Origin: an uncultured Solirubrobacterales bacterium | GTDB taxonomy: Bacteria > Actinomycetota > Thermoleophilia > Solirubrobacterales > 70-9 | Assembly: GCA_963837585.1 (NCBI GenBank) | Contig: CAWINX010000003.1 | Location: forward strand, 3,098-67,097 | DNA: 64,000 nt | Reading direction: 5' to 3' | Part shown: piece by piece, positions 10,001 to 20,541 of the stretch | Layout: each line of letters opens with the position of its first letter | How positions within the stretch are numbered: the first letter of the stretch is position 1 | Notes under the pieces: model-generated | Told to the model about the DNA's origin: nothing | Database searches by the model: none | Seen by the model: only the letters and a program-made list of their open reading frames with translations | Position numbers and translations under genes: made by a program

Positions 10001-11085
10001 TGCGCACGCTCGGCTACGCGGAGCCGCAGGTCGAGCAGATCGACGCCTACATCGCCGAGCAGAGCACAATTGTCGGCGCGCCCGGCCTCAAGGACGAGCA
10101 CCTGCCGGTCTTCGACGTCGCGGTCGGCGAGCGGGCGATCTCCCACACCGGCCACATCGACATGATGGCCGCGACCCAGCCGTTCATCTCCGGAGCGATC
10201 TCCAAGACGGTCAACCTGCCGCAATCGGCGACGATCGACGACATCGCCGACGCCTACACGCGCGGCTGGAAGGGCGGCCTGAAGGCGCTGGCGATCTACC
10301 GCGACGGCTCGAAGACGGCGCAGGCGCTGCGCACCGACGCCCAGGACGAGAAGGAGGCGAAGGCCGAGGAGCCGGTCGCGGCGAAGCCGCCGGAGCGCAA
10401 ACGGATGCCGCGCGAGCGCGAGTCGATCACCCACAAGTTCTCGATCGCCGGCCACGAGGGCTACATCACCGCCGGCAAGTACGAGGACGGCACGGTCGGC
10501 GAGATCTTCCTCACCGACATCGGCAAGGAGGGGTCGACGATGCGGGGGCTGCTCAACGCCTTCGCGACGGCGATCTCGATCGGCCTCCAGTACGGGGTGC
10601 CGCTCGACGTCTTCGTGCGCAAGTTCAGCTACATGCGCTTCGAGCCGGAGGGAATCACCGGCAACCCCGAGATCCCCTTCGCCAAATCGATGCCCGACTA
10701 CATCATGCGCTGGCTGGCGAGCCGCTTCATCGAGGACATCGACGAGCTCGAAGACCTCGGCATCCTCACCCAGGAGGTGCGGGCGAAGAAGGATGCGGAG
10801 ACCAGCCAGCTCGGCCTCGGCATCGCCACCGACACCGCCGGTCCCGCCAACGGGGGCAACGGCCACTCCAAGCCGGCCAACGGCAACGGCGCCGAGAAGG
10901 CGAAGGCGAGCGGCGGCGAAGCGGTCCCCGCGGCGGCGGCCTTCACCGACACCCCGCCGGTCGTCCCGGCCAAGATGTCGGGCCTCGACCTCGGCCCCGC
11001 CTGCGACCAGTGCGGCGGCATGATGCAGCGCACGGGCTCCTGCTACACGTGCAGCTCGTGCGGAAATAACACGGGCTGCGGCTGA
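7089..11085 (+). CDS. nrdJ: Class II (adenosylcobalamin-dependent) ribonucleotide reductase NrdJ, interrupted by an intein
   Basis: N-extein MSKTATSS...NSPVWFNVGFEETPQCSA (ORF 7089..9578). C-extein CFILSVEDNMDSILDWNTKEGKIFRGGSGSGINLSNIRGS...NPCSEY...C-terminal CDQCGG...CSSCG zinc ribbon (ORF 8065..11085). SD-like AGGAGA lies upstream of the ATG. Confidence 0.9.
7539..8697 (+). mobile_element. Intein with LAGLIDADG homing-endonuclease domain inserted at the QCSA|CFIL site of NrdJ
   Basis: It starts at Cys (CQPYHALVSTPEGMVPIGEM) and ends with NNIAVHN, followed by the +1 Cys. Two LAGLIDADG-like blocks are present (LAGWLQADGFVG; ICAYLRSVFQADGYM). Length is 1159 nt, not a multiple of 3, with a frame break near 8020-8030 (SSLT|IEFQVANDEEY). 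Confidence 0.85.
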
Positions 11086-11100
11086 GGCCGTAGGCCTCAG
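11082..11100. terminator. 8-bp-stem hairpin between convergent nrdJ and protease genes
   Basis: CTGAGGCC-gta-GGCCTCAG overlaps the nrdJ stop codon. The T-run afterwards is weak. Confidence 0.4.
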
Positions 11101-11112
11101 GGCCGTTTCAGC

Positions 11113-12000
11113 TCACGGAAGGTGCCTTAGGAAGTTGGCGATTGAGCTGCCGAAGTAGGGGGAGTAGAGGCGGTTGCGGTTGCCGTCGTAGCTGTAGCTG
11201 GTGACGCCGTCGATGAGGCCGTCGGGCGCGACCCAGGCGCCGCCGCTGGAGCCGGCGGCCATGTCGCAGCGGGCCGGCAGGGTGGGCGGGCCGGACAGGG
11301 AGAAGGTCAGCGGGTCGCTGCCGAGGCCGAGGCCCTTGCACTCCCGCAGTTGCTGGCCGCCGGCGGCGGCGGCCGGGTAGCCGAAGATCTGAAGGCGTAG
11401 GTGGCGCGACCGGTTGTAGGCGAAGCCGCGGGCGCCGACGACGTCCTCGAGGACACCGAAGGAGTTCGGCAGCACGTGCAGGGCCGCGACGTCGAAGTCG
11501 TTGTTCTCACTGCGGCGCCACTGAGTGGTGACGTGGACGGTGTCGGCAGTGAATGCTCCGAAGGGGTGCGCGCCGTGATCGAAGGCGGGGACGAAGATGA
11601 TGTGAGTGCCCCAGCTGCGGTTCTCGACGACGCAGTGGCCGGCGGTGAGCACGATCGAGCGGCTCGGGGTGTCGAGCGCCGTCCCCGAGCAGGAGTAGGG
11701 GCCCTCGCGAGGGTCGACGGCGAAGATGCGGCCGTTCATGCGCTCGTCGACAGCGGTGGCGTCGGCGACGCCGATGCTGCTGATCTTCGCCGTCGAGCCG
11801 GAGGACTTCCGCGGGGCGCCCGGCGAGCCGTGCCGCAGCGCGACTCGCACCCTCTGCGGGGTCCAGAAGCGCGCCGCGCCGGCGGCGCCGGCGACCCGAT
11901 GCGAGCCGATGGAGGCGCCGGCGGCAGGCGAAGCAGTCGCGGCGGCAGCGAGCGAAGCGGCTACAGAAGCCGCGGCGAGAATTCCCCGGACCCGATTCAT
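11113..12000 (-). CDS. Secreted trypsin-like (S1, V8/Glu-specific-like) serine protease
   Basis: ORF 11113..12030. The likely start is MNRVRGILAAASVAASLAAAATA (signal peptide) at 12000. LTAGHCV (His), NDFDVAAL (Asp) and AAGSSGGAW (Ser) form the catalytic triad motifs. Confidence 0.8.
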   Translation of the reverse strand: MNRVRGILAAASVAASLAAAATASPAAGASIGSHRVAGAAGAARFWTPQRVRVALRHGSPGAPRKSSGSTAKISSIGVADATAVDERMNGRIFAVDPREGPYSCSGTALDTPSRSIVLTAGHCVVENRSWGTHIIFVPAFDHGAHPFGAFTADTVHVTTQWRRSENNDFDVAALHVLPNSFGVLEDVVGARGFAYNRSRHLRLQIFGYPAAAAGGQQLRECKGLGLGSDPLTFSLSGPPTLPARCDMAAGSSGGAWVAPDGLIDGVTSYSYDGNRNRLYSPYFGSSIANFLRHLP

Positions 12001-12111
12001 GCGACGGGCATAGTGCCAGATGACGCTCACGCAAACCTAAACCCGCAAATCAGGTCAGGTTTCGCCCGCTGCCCTCGTACCGGTTCTGGCGGTCTGTAGC
12101 CTGGGCCCGCC

Positions 12112-13224
12112 GTGCCAGCCCCCGTCCGCCTCCCGCCCCGGGCCGAGTTCGCGATCGTGCGGGCCGTCTGCTCCCTGCCGCGGCCCCTGCGCCGGCTCAT
12201 CGCCGGGCCGCCCGTGAAGCTCGACGGGCAGGCGCTCGCGAGCGAGATCGGCGTCGTCATCCGCCTCGCGGCCCTGGCCGGCGAGACCTCGGTGACCGGC
12301 GGCGGCGAGGTCGAAGCGGCTCGCGCCCAGTACCGACTCGGATCGGCGGCCACGACCGGCGCGCCGATCCCGATGGCACGAGTGGGGGAGCTGGCGATCC
12401 CGGGGCCCGCCGGGACGATCGCGGCGCGGCTCTATGACCGCGGCGTCGGGACCGCGACGCCGCGGCCGATGCTCGTCTACTACCACGGCGGCGGCTGGGT
12501 GATCGGCGACCTCGACACCCATGACGGGCTCTGTCGCTTCCTCGCCGCCGCGACGGGGGCGCTGGTCCTCTCGGTCGACTACCGCCTCGCCCCCGAGCAT
12601 CCCTTCCCCGCCTCCGGCGAGGACGCGCACGCGGCGTTCGCCTGGGCGGTCGAGAACGCGGCGGGCCTGGGCGCCGACCCGGCGCGGATCGCGGTGGGCG
12701 GGGACAGCGCCGGCGGCAACCTGGCGACCGTGGTGAGCAGAACCGCGCGCGACGCGGGCGAACGGCTGCCGGCGATGCAGCTGCTGCTCTACCCGGTGAC
12801 CGACGACGTCGAGGACTGGCCCTCCCGCCGCACCTTCGCCTCGGGCTTCCTGCTGACCACCGGCGACATGGATTGGTTCCGCGATCACTACGTCATCGAC
12901 CCCGCCCACGCGGCCCATCCAGACGCCTCGCCCTTCCAGACGAGGGACCTCTCCGGCCTACCGCCGGCCTACGTCGCCACGGCCGGCTTCGACCCGCTGC
13001 GCGACGAGGGAGAGGCCTACGCGATGAAGATGCGCGAGGCGGGGGTGCGAGTGGCGCTGCGCCGCCACCCCAGCCTGATCCACGGCTTCGGCCAGCTCAC
13101 CGCGGTCAGCCGCGCCGCCCGCGCGGCGATGTTCGAGGCGGCCGGCGCGCGTCCGGATGGGTCTCGCCTAAAGCCTCCGGTGGGCGGGCAGCTACTCGTA
13201 GTGGAGCGCTTCCAGCACATTTAG
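12112..13224 (+). CDS. Alpha/beta hydrolase, hormone-sensitive-lipase-type esterase
   Basis: Intact 370-aa ORF with YYHGGGWVIGD (oxyanion HGGG), GGDSAGGNL (GDSAG nucleophile) and DPLRDEG / HGF motifs. Confidence 0.85.
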   Translation: MPAPVRLPPRAEFAIVRAVCSLPRPLRRLIAGPPVKLDGQALASEIGVVIRLAALAGETSVTGGGEVEAARAQYRLGSAATTGAPIPMARVGELAIPGPAGTIAARLYDRGVGTATPRPMLVYYHGGGWVIGDLDTHDGLCRFLAAATGALVLSVDYRLAPEHPFPASGEDAHAAFAWAVENAAGLGADPARIAVGGDSAGGNLATVVSRTARDAGERLPAMQLLLYPVTDDVEDWPSRRTFASGFLLTTGDMDWFRDHYVIDPAHAAHPDASPFQTRDLSGLPPAYVATAGFDPLRDEGEAYAMKMREAGVRVALRRHPSLIHGFGQLTAVSRAARAAMFEAAGARPDGSRLKPPVGGQLLVVERFQHI

Positions 13225-15753
13225 GCGGGCGGCGCGGCGGGCTGGAAGAACCGCGGCGAGGACGCCGGCGGCGATTGCGACGATCGTGAAGACGATCAGC
13301 GAGCCGATCGGCAGCGAGAAGCCGATGCCCTGGTCGGACAGGGCCTGGGTGAAGACAGCGGCGAGGAAGATGCCGAGCGGCAGGCCGAGCCCAGCGCCGA
13401 TCAGTGCCGTGATCACACTCTCCTGTCGGATCATCTGCGCACTTGCCGCCGCGTCATCCCGATCGCCCGCAGCATCCCGATCTCGCGGGTCCGCTCGAAG
13501 ACCGAGAGGACCAGCGCGTTGACCATCCCGAAGAGGCTGACGATCACCGAGAGCGCCAGCAGCACGTAGAGCAGATTGAGCAGTTTGTCGATCCCACTGG
13601 CGCCTTTGTCTGAGCCAGCCGGCCTTGGTGTAGACGACGGCGTCGGGATAGGGCTTCGAGCGCGCTGCGACGACCGGTGTTGGCGGGGGACTCGCCGCCG
13701 GCGGCAGTTGACAAAGTGTAGATGTTCACGGTCGCGGTGAAGAAGCGGTCAGAAAGCGGCCTGGGTGATCAACACCTTGGCGACCAGCCGGCGACCTGTC
13801 TGTACTCGCCGAGCACCCGGAAGCCGGGCAGCCTGCCGGTCTGGGTGAGCAAGCGGACGCGGTCGCCGACCCTCAGCCCGTGCTCGTGGCGAAGGACTTG
13901 TTGAGGATCACCTCGTCGTCGCTGAGGCGGCGCAGCGCGCCGGCCCGCCCTCGGTCCAATCAGGGTCAGCACCCGGCCGGCGTCGCGGTCGACGCCGAGA
14001 CGCGCGGCTTGCCCGAGCCGCCGAACAGCTTTGCCTGCGTGGCTCGCAGGGTGGAGACGAGCGCGACGCCGGGAACCCCCCGGCCACGGCGCCGCCCCCG
14101 GCGGGAACGGCGAGAAGCCGTCGCTGTTCGGATCACCAGCTCACCCTGGAAGCTGTCGTCGACGGCCGAGGCGACCGACCCCTTGATGCCCGCAGCGAAG
14201 ACGGTCGACGAAGGTGACCAGCGCGAGGCCGACCATCAGCGCCGCGGCGGTGCGCCGCGGTGCGCCCCGGGTTGCGCTGGGCGTTCTCGCGCGCCAGCCG
14301 GCCGGTCAGCCCGCAGCCGCGCGCACGGCTCGCCCGACCGCGAGGCAAGCGGGCGCACCAGCTGCGGGCGAAGAGGCGAGACGGCGAGGACCATCGCCAG
14401 GCACCCCGCCCCCATCAGCCGTCGCCGCCGCGTCGGAGCGAGGCCGCCGAAGAGCCCGAAGAGGAGCAGGGCAGGCCGCGACCGCAGAGAGCACAGCGAC
14501 ACGGCCGGCGACCGCGGCGACGCCGGCTCGGGGTCGCGTCGCGCCCTCGCGCATCGCGGCGATCGGCGGGACCCGGGTGGCCCGCAGGGCCGGGGACGAG
14601 CGACGGAGACGAGCGTCACGCCGATGCCGAGCAGCAACGAGACGATCACGGTGCGGGTGTCGAAAACCGTGCCGGCGGTCGGCAGGTCGACCCCGATCCC
14701 GACGAAGATCGCCTCGAGGCCCTTGCGAGCGCGAAGCCCGCCGAGCAAGCCGAGCACCGAGCGCCGGCAGGCCGAGCAGAAGCCCTCGATCAGGACCGAG
14801 CGCAGGATCTGCCGCCGCGAGGCGCCAAGCGAGCGCAGCGTCGCGAACTCGCGTGATTCGCTGGGCGACGGTGATCGAGAAGGTGTTGAAGATGACGAAC
14901 GCCCCGACCAGGACCGCGATCCCGGCGAAGGCGAGCAGGAGGTACTGGATGAACCGGAGGGCGCCTGGAATGTGTTCGGATCCGAACGGCCTGCTCGGTC
15001 GCCGGTCTCGACCTGGGCCGAGCGGGGGCATGAGGCGGCGCGATCTGCTCGCTCAGCTGCCCCGGCGTGAAGCCGGCTTCGCGGCGAGGAAGATGGGGTC
15101 GAAGCGGCCGCCCTTGTCGGTGATCCGCTGCGCCTCGGGCAGCGTGATGCGGCGATCGTGGTCGCGCCGAAGCGAGTCGACCGACCCGAAGGTGGTCGAT
15201 GCCCGAGAGTCGTGTAGGCTTGTCGGGCTGTGCGCGGAGACGCCGATCCGTGTCGCCGATCGAGAGCCCGTAGTTGTCGGCTGCCGCCTTGTCGAGCACG
15301 ACCTGGTCGCCGTTGGCGGCGCGAGCCGCCGGCGGTCAGCGACTCGGGTTGAATCGGGCAGGGTCGAGGAGATGAAGCCGAGGGCGAAGTCGGCGCCGAT
15401 CGTCTTGCCCTGCCGGTCGAGCAGCTGCGCCCTGTCGGCGTGAAGATCGCCCCGCCGGCGGCCTGAACGCCCGGCAGCTTCCGCACCTTCCGGCGCAGGG
15501 AGCGCGGAAGTGGTGACGTTGCCGCGGTCGTGTTGGACCGTGCTCTTGCCCGAGATGACGGCGCTGGTGTTCGTAGGAGGCGGTAAAGATCTCGTTGAAG
15601 GCGTTGATGATGGTGTCGGTGAGGACGTAGGTGCCGGCACCATCGCGACTCCGATGACGACCGCGAAGGGCGATCAGCGAGCGTGCGGCCGCGGCGCGAC
15701 CAGAGGCTCTTGACGGCGACCGGCTAGGCGAGCTGCTTCGTAGCCGATGACAT
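13192..15753 (-). pseudogene. Decayed ABC transporter permease (MacB/FtsX-type, two FtsX domains)
   Basis: Recognisable fragments are scattered over all three minus frames:
- C-terminal FtsX end in ORF 13192..13434 (ITALIGAGLGLPLGIF...ARRAARLNVLEALHYE)
- FIQYLLLAFAGIAVLVGAFVIFNTFSITVAQR in ORF 14306..15031
- EFATLRSLGASRRQILRSVLIEGF...GIGVDLPTAGTVFDTRTVIVSLLLGIGVTLVSV in ORF 14236..15486
- N-terminal periplasmic part in ORF 15053..15643

Frame breaks occur roughly every 100-300 nt, and there is an in-frame TAG near the start. Confidence 0.7.
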
Positions 15754-16430
15754 CGTCGCGTGGAGTCGGGGAGTCGTCGCGGACGACCTTGCCGTCGGCA
15801 AGGGAGAGGACGCGGTCGGCGATCGCCGCGGCGTTGGCGTCGTGGGTGACCATCAGCATGGTCTGGCCGTAGGCGTCGACCGATGAGCGCAGCAGGCCGA
15901 GGATCTCCGCCCCCGCCGCGGAGTCGAGGTTGCCGGTCGGCTCGTCGGCGAAGACGACGGTCGGGCGCGAGACGAGCGCGCGGACCATCGCCACGCGTTG
16001 CTGCTGGCCGCCGGAGAGCTCGGCGGGACGGTGACCGCGGCGCCCCTCCAGCCCGCCCGCCGCAGCAGCTCGGCCAACCACTCCTGATCCGGCCGCTCGC
16101 CGGCGATCAGCTCCGGCAACAGGATGTTCTCCTCGGCGGTCAGCATCGGCAGCAGGTTGAAGAACTGGAAGACGAAGCCGAGCTGTCGCCGGCGCAGCTC
16201 GTCAACTCGTTGTCGTCGAGCGCGGTGATCTCGACGCCGTCGAGGATACCGTCCCGCCGGTCGGCTGGTCGAGGCCGGCGAGGATGTGCATCAGGGTCGA
16301 CTTGCCCGAGCCCGACGGGCCCATGATCGCCGTCAAGCTCCCCTTGTCCAGCCCAGGCTGACCCCCCCAGCGCATCGACGGCGGTTGCCTCCTCGCCGTA
16401 GCGGCGCGTAACGTCAAGCGCCTCGACCAC
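15674..16430 (-). pseudogene. Decayed ABC transporter ATP-binding protein (MacB/LolD-like)
   Basis: Walker A ([20 protein letters not shown]) is in ORF 16202..16762. The Q-loop region ([20 protein letters not shown]) is in ORF 15853..16146. The signature and Walker B ([32 protein letters not shown]) are in ORF 15674..16081. At least three frame changes fall within about 750 nt. Confidence 0.75.
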
Positions 16431-16612
16431 CTTGCCGGTCGGTCGTTCACAGCGTTCACCGTATAGATCCCTTCGACTGGAGCCGTCCTGGCAGGGGTTC
16501 CACTTAACTTTTTCCGAACACAGTCTGTGAGTCGTCCGTGGAGCCGCACAAGCGGAAAAAGTACAAGACGTTCCACCCCTGCCGGGATCGGCCTCAATAG
16601 CCTGGGCGGCCG

Positions 16613-17405
16613 ATGGCGACGACGTTGGCGGAAAGCTTCGATAGGGTTTCTGATCGATCTGGACGGGGTCGTCTGGACTGGCAAGGATCCGATACCCGGG
16701 GCGGTCGAGGCGCTGAACGCGCTGCTCGACGCCGGCAAGGAGATCGTCTTCGTCACCAACAACTCGGTGCGCGCGCCTGCCGCCTACGTGGAACGACTGC
16801 GCGAGATCGGCGTCCCGGTGAAAGACGGTCACGTCGTTACCGCCGGAGCGTCGACCGCCCAGCTGGCGGCCGAGCGAGTGGGTCAGGGCGGCACCGTCTA
16901 CGTGATCGGAGCGCCGGGCTTCAAGGAGACCGTCGCCGCGACCGGGGTGGTGCTGCTGAGCGGCGAAGAGGGGCAAAGGGCCGACGCCGTGGTCATCTCC
17001 GGCCACCGGGAGTTCGACTACGGCGAGCTGTTCACGGCGACGCGCGCCCTCCAGGGCGGCGCGGCGCTGTTCGCGACCAGCCGCGACCCGACCCTGCCGA
17101 TGCCCGACGGCCCGTGGCCGGGCACCGGGGCGACCCTGGCCGCGGTGGAGACCGCCTCCGGAGCGACGGCGACGATCGGCGGCAAGCCGGAGCGCCACCT
17201 GTTCGAGGCGGCGCTCGCGCTGATCCCCGGCGCCGAGCGGGTGGCGATGGTCGGCGACCGGGTCGCCTCCGACATCGAGGGCGGGCGGCGGGCCGGGCTG
17301 GAGACGGTCCTCGTGCTCAGCGGGGCGACGTCCCGCGAAGAGGCGGAGGTGGCGGAGCCGGCGCCCGACCATGTCATCGACGACCTGGCTGGACTGCTGG
17401 GGTGA
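16613..17405 (+). CDS. HAD-superfamily subfamily IIA hydrolase (NagD-like); apparent frameshift near 16641-16652
   Basis: [10 protein letters not shown] is in the ORF 16613 frame. This is followed by [41 protein letters not shown]...GKPE...[13 protein letters not shown] in ORF 16527..17405. Confidence 0.75.
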
Positions 17406-18596
17406 ATACCCCCGAGACGCCACCGATCCCCCGTCCGGGCATTGCCTTCGCGGGCGTCTTCACCGTCACCTTCTGCGGCCTGCTCGCGGTCGGCGCGGTG
17501 CTGCCGGTGTTGCCGCGCTACGTGCACGGGCCGCTCGACGCGGGCAACGTCGCGGTCGGCGTGGTGATCGGCTCCTACGCGATCACCGGCCTGCTGCTCC
17601 GCCCCGTCGCCGGCCGCCTCGCCGACCGGCGCGGCCGCAAGCCGACCGTCCTGGTCGGCTCGATCCTGGTCGCCGTCAGCGGCTTCCTCTACCTGCTGCC
17701 GCTCGGCGTCGGGGGGCTGATCGCCGCCCGGCTCGTGCTCGGCGCCGGCGAGGGGACGGTGTTCACCGCGGGCTCGGCCTGGATCGTCGACCTGGCGCCG
17801 CCCGATCGGCGGGGCCGGGTGATCGGCCTCTACGGCCTCGCCGTCTGGGGAGGGCTGAGCGTCGGCCCGCTGATCGGCGAGTTGCTCCTGCACGCCTCCG
17901 GCTACACGCTGGTCTGGATCTTCGCGGGAGCGGTGCCGCTGGTGGGGGCGCTGGTCGCCCTCCGCCTCCCCGACCCGTTCCGTCCCAACCCGTCCGCGGA
18001 GCATGAGCACCACCCCTTGATCGCCCGCGAGGCGGTGCGCCCCGGCGCCGCCCTCGCCCTCGCCTCGATCGGCTACGCGGCGGTCGCCGCCTTCGTCGTC
18101 CTGCACCTCGACGCCCGCGGGGTCGGGCACGGGGCGACCGTGTTCGGCGCCTTCGCGACGATGGTCGTGCTTGACCCGACTGGTCGGCGGCGACCTGCCC
18201 GACCGGGTCGGGCCGGCGCGCGTCGCGGTCGTCGCGGCGCTGGCCGAGGCGCTCGGGCTGGCGACGATCGCCGTCGCCCAGAGCCTGCCGGTTGCCCTGG
18301 CCGGCGCCCTGGCGATGGGCGCCGCCTTCTCCCTGCTCTACCCGTCCCTCTCGCTGATCGTCGTCGCCCAGGTGCCGGAGAACCGCCGCGGCGCCGCGCT
18401 CGGCACCTTCACGGCCTTCTTCGACGCCGGGGTCGGCCTCGGCGCCCCGCTGGCCGGCGCCGCCGCGGCGATCACCAGCTACGAGGGCGCTTTCCTCTTC
18501 GCCGCCTGCTTCGGCCTCGTCTCGGCGGCGACGATCGCGCTGACGATCGCTCCACAGGCCCGCTCGGCCCTGGCCGCTCGCGCCCCCGCGAGCTGA
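17402..18596 (+). CDS. MFS transporter; apparent frameshift near 18165-18175
   Basis: GTG start at 17402, overlapping the HAD stop. TM-rich sequence with the MFS loop motif LRPVAGRLADRRGRKP is in the frame of ORF 16613..18607. The C-terminal half (LTRLVGGDLPDRVG...) is in ORF 18171..18596. Confidence 0.75.
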
Positions 18597-18608
18597 GCCC
18601 CCGGTGAA

Positions 18609-19391
18609 TCAGTCGCGCTCGGCGATCAGCAGGGTCTGGGCGGCGCGGCCGATCCGGCCGCGCTCATCGGAGAGGACCGACTCGGCGGTGGCGACGCCGT
18701 TGGGTTGCGGCAGGGTGACCGCGTCGACGCAGACCCACTCTCCCTCCGGGAGCCGCTCCAGGTGGACGCTGAGGTCGACGTTGATGAACAGGTAGCGGCG
18801 CCAGTCGAGCACGGCACTGATTCCGTTGCCGACGTCGGCGGCGACCAGCGTCCGCTGCAGGGGCGTCGGCTCCTCACCCTCGACCAGCCGTCCCCGCATC
18901 CGCATCCAGACCGTCGCCGGGCCGGGCTCGAGGAAGCCGCCGCCGACCGATTTCCACTCCATCGCGGTGTGGTAGCCGGCGTCCTGGCCGGTGGCGAAGA
19001 ACTCGGGCCGGGAGCCCTGCTCGGGACCGGGTGGAGGCGGCGGGAACTCGATCGACTCGGGCAAGTCGATCGGCGCCGCGCGGATCCGCCATCCCCGCGC
19101 CCGCATCAGCACGCCCTCGGTACCGGAGAGCGACGCCTCGACCAGCTGCACCCGCCGCCCGGGCCGCACCACCTTCGCCTCGACCCGGACCGGCCCGATC
19201 GGCACCGAGCGGAGGATCTCGAAGGTGATCCGCCCGAGGTGGAACTCCCCTGCGTCCTCCAGCCGCTCGATCTCACGGCCGAGCAGCGCCGAGGGCGGGC
19301 CGGCGTGCTGGGCGCCCGGGTCCCACGGCCCCCGGGTCAGCTCAGTGGCGATATAGCCGTCGCCGTCGGGCACGTAAAAGGCTTCGGGCAC
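18609..19391 (-). CDS. Acyl-CoA thioesterase-like (TesB/4HBT_3-type) double hot-dog protein
   Basis: GTG start at 19391 within the long ORF 18609..20213. VPEAFYVPDGDGYIATELTRGPWDPGAQHAGPPSALL ... VWMRMR ... LFINVDLSVHLER is the pattern seen in actinobacterial thioesterase-family proteins. Confidence 0.6.
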   Translation of the reverse strand: MPEAFYVPDGDGYIATELTRGPWDPGAQHAGPPSALLGREIERLEDAGEFHLGRITFEILRSVPIGPVRVEAKVVRPGRRVQLVEASLSGTEGVLMRARGWRIRAAPIDLPESIEFPPPPPGPEQGSRPEFFATGQDAGYHTAMEWKSVGGGFLEPGPATVWMRMRGRLVEGEEPTPLQRTLVAADVGNGISAVLDWRRYLFINVDLSVHLERLPEGEWVCVDAVTLPQPNGVATAESVLSDERGRIGRAAQTLLIAERD

Positions 19392-19455
19392 GGCGGCGAT
19401 CCTACGGGCCGCTCGTACGTTTGACCATGCTGGGGCAAGGTAAAACGTACGAGCG

Positions 19456-20002
19456 TCAGCAGTGGGTGCCGAAGTGCTGGGTCCAGACGTGGGCGCCTCG
19501 GTAGCCGCCGAGGCGGCCGACCCGCAGGCCGACGCCGAGCTGGCGATAGGGGCCGAGGATGTTCGCGAGGTGCTCGGGCGAGTGCAGCCAGGCGCTTGAA
19601 GATCGAGCGCACGGTGCCGAGGCGGCCGGTCCCCCAGGCGATGTTCTCGCCGGCGCTCCAGCAGCGGGCCGGAAGGTAGCCGACCCGCTGCATCCAGTAG
19701 GTGAAGCCTCGCCCGCAGGCGTAGTGGCTGAAGCTGTTGCAGCGGAGGATGTCCCGCGACTTGTCCTCGGACGAGCGGTCGAGCACGAAGGCGTGGCCCA
19801 GATTCGCGAGCCCGGCATGGCGACGGGCGAAGTCGGTCATGCAGCGCATCGCCCGCTCCTGAACGACGACCGGAGCGCCCAGATCCGTCTGGTTCGCGCA
19901 GGCCGCGGTCGGCGCCAGCAGGCTCCTCGCCCCGGCAGAGGGAGCGATCGCCAGGCCCAGCAGGGCTGCGATGGCGAGGGTCAGTGCGAAACGGCGGCTC
20001 AT
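19456..20002 (-). CDS. Secreted CAP/SCP (PR-1-like, YkwD-type) domain protein; apparent frameshift near 19590-19605
   Basis: Signal peptide MSRRFALTLAIAALLGLAIAPSAGA and the central part are in ORF 19337..20080. The C-terminal WLHSPEHLANILGPYRQLGVG...HFG (CAP signature) is in ORF 19456..19818. Confidence 0.65.
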
Positions 20003-20115
20003 ACTCTTGATGTCGCCACCCGACCCGGCTCCCCGACCGTGCTTGCCCGCAGCAGACATACGTATGAGCCGCGGAAGCAAAAGCGCGGCTGGACCGACCC
20101 CGTACCCTTGAGGTC

Positions 20116-20511
20116 ATGGAGAAAGTCAAGAAGTCAGAGCAGGAGTGGCGTGACGAGCTGACGCCCGAGCAGTACGAGGTGACCCGCAACGGGGGCACGG
20201 AGAGAGCCTTCACCGGCCCCTACTGGGACGAGAAGTCCGACGGCATGTACCGCTGTGCCTGCTGCGGCGCCGAGCTGTTCTCCTCCGACACCAAGTTCGA
20301 CTCCGGCACCGGCTGGCCCAGCTTCACCGAGCCGGTCAACCTCGAGCACGTCGAGCTGCGGCCCGACAACAGCCTCTTCATGAAGCGCACCGAGGTCGTC
20401 TGCAAGCACTGCGACGCCCACCTCGGGCACGTCTTCGACGACGGGCCGGCCGACCAGGGCGGGCAGCGCTACTGCATCAACGGCTGCGCCCTCACGCTCG
20501 AGGAGAAATAA
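20116..20511 (+). CDS. msrB: Peptide-methionine (R)-S-oxide reductase
   Basis: Intact 131-aa ORF with TPEQYEVTRNGGTERAFTG, CxxC pairs (CACCG, CKHCDAHLGHVFDDGP) and RYCINGCAL, the full MsrB signature. Confidence 0.95.
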   Translation: MEKVKKSEQEWRDELTPEQYEVTRNGGTERAFTGPYWDEKSDGMYRCACCGAELFSSDTKFDSGTGWPSFTEPVNLEHVELRPDNSLFMKRTEVVCKHCDAHLGHVFDDGPADQGGQRYCINGCALTLEEK

Positions 20512-20541
20512 GGCATTCCCGGACGCGGAGGAGACGCCGCT

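Noticed and set aside
7744-10866. 1040-aa minus-strand ORF
   Set aside because: It is antisense to nrdJ, whose plus-strand translation carries all RNR and intein motifs. The minus-frame product is Arg/Gly/Asp-rich and low in complexity.
12055-12918. 287-aa minus ORF overlapping the esterase
   Set aside because: It is antisense to a well-supported alpha/beta hydrolase, and its composition is low-complexity Arg/Gly.
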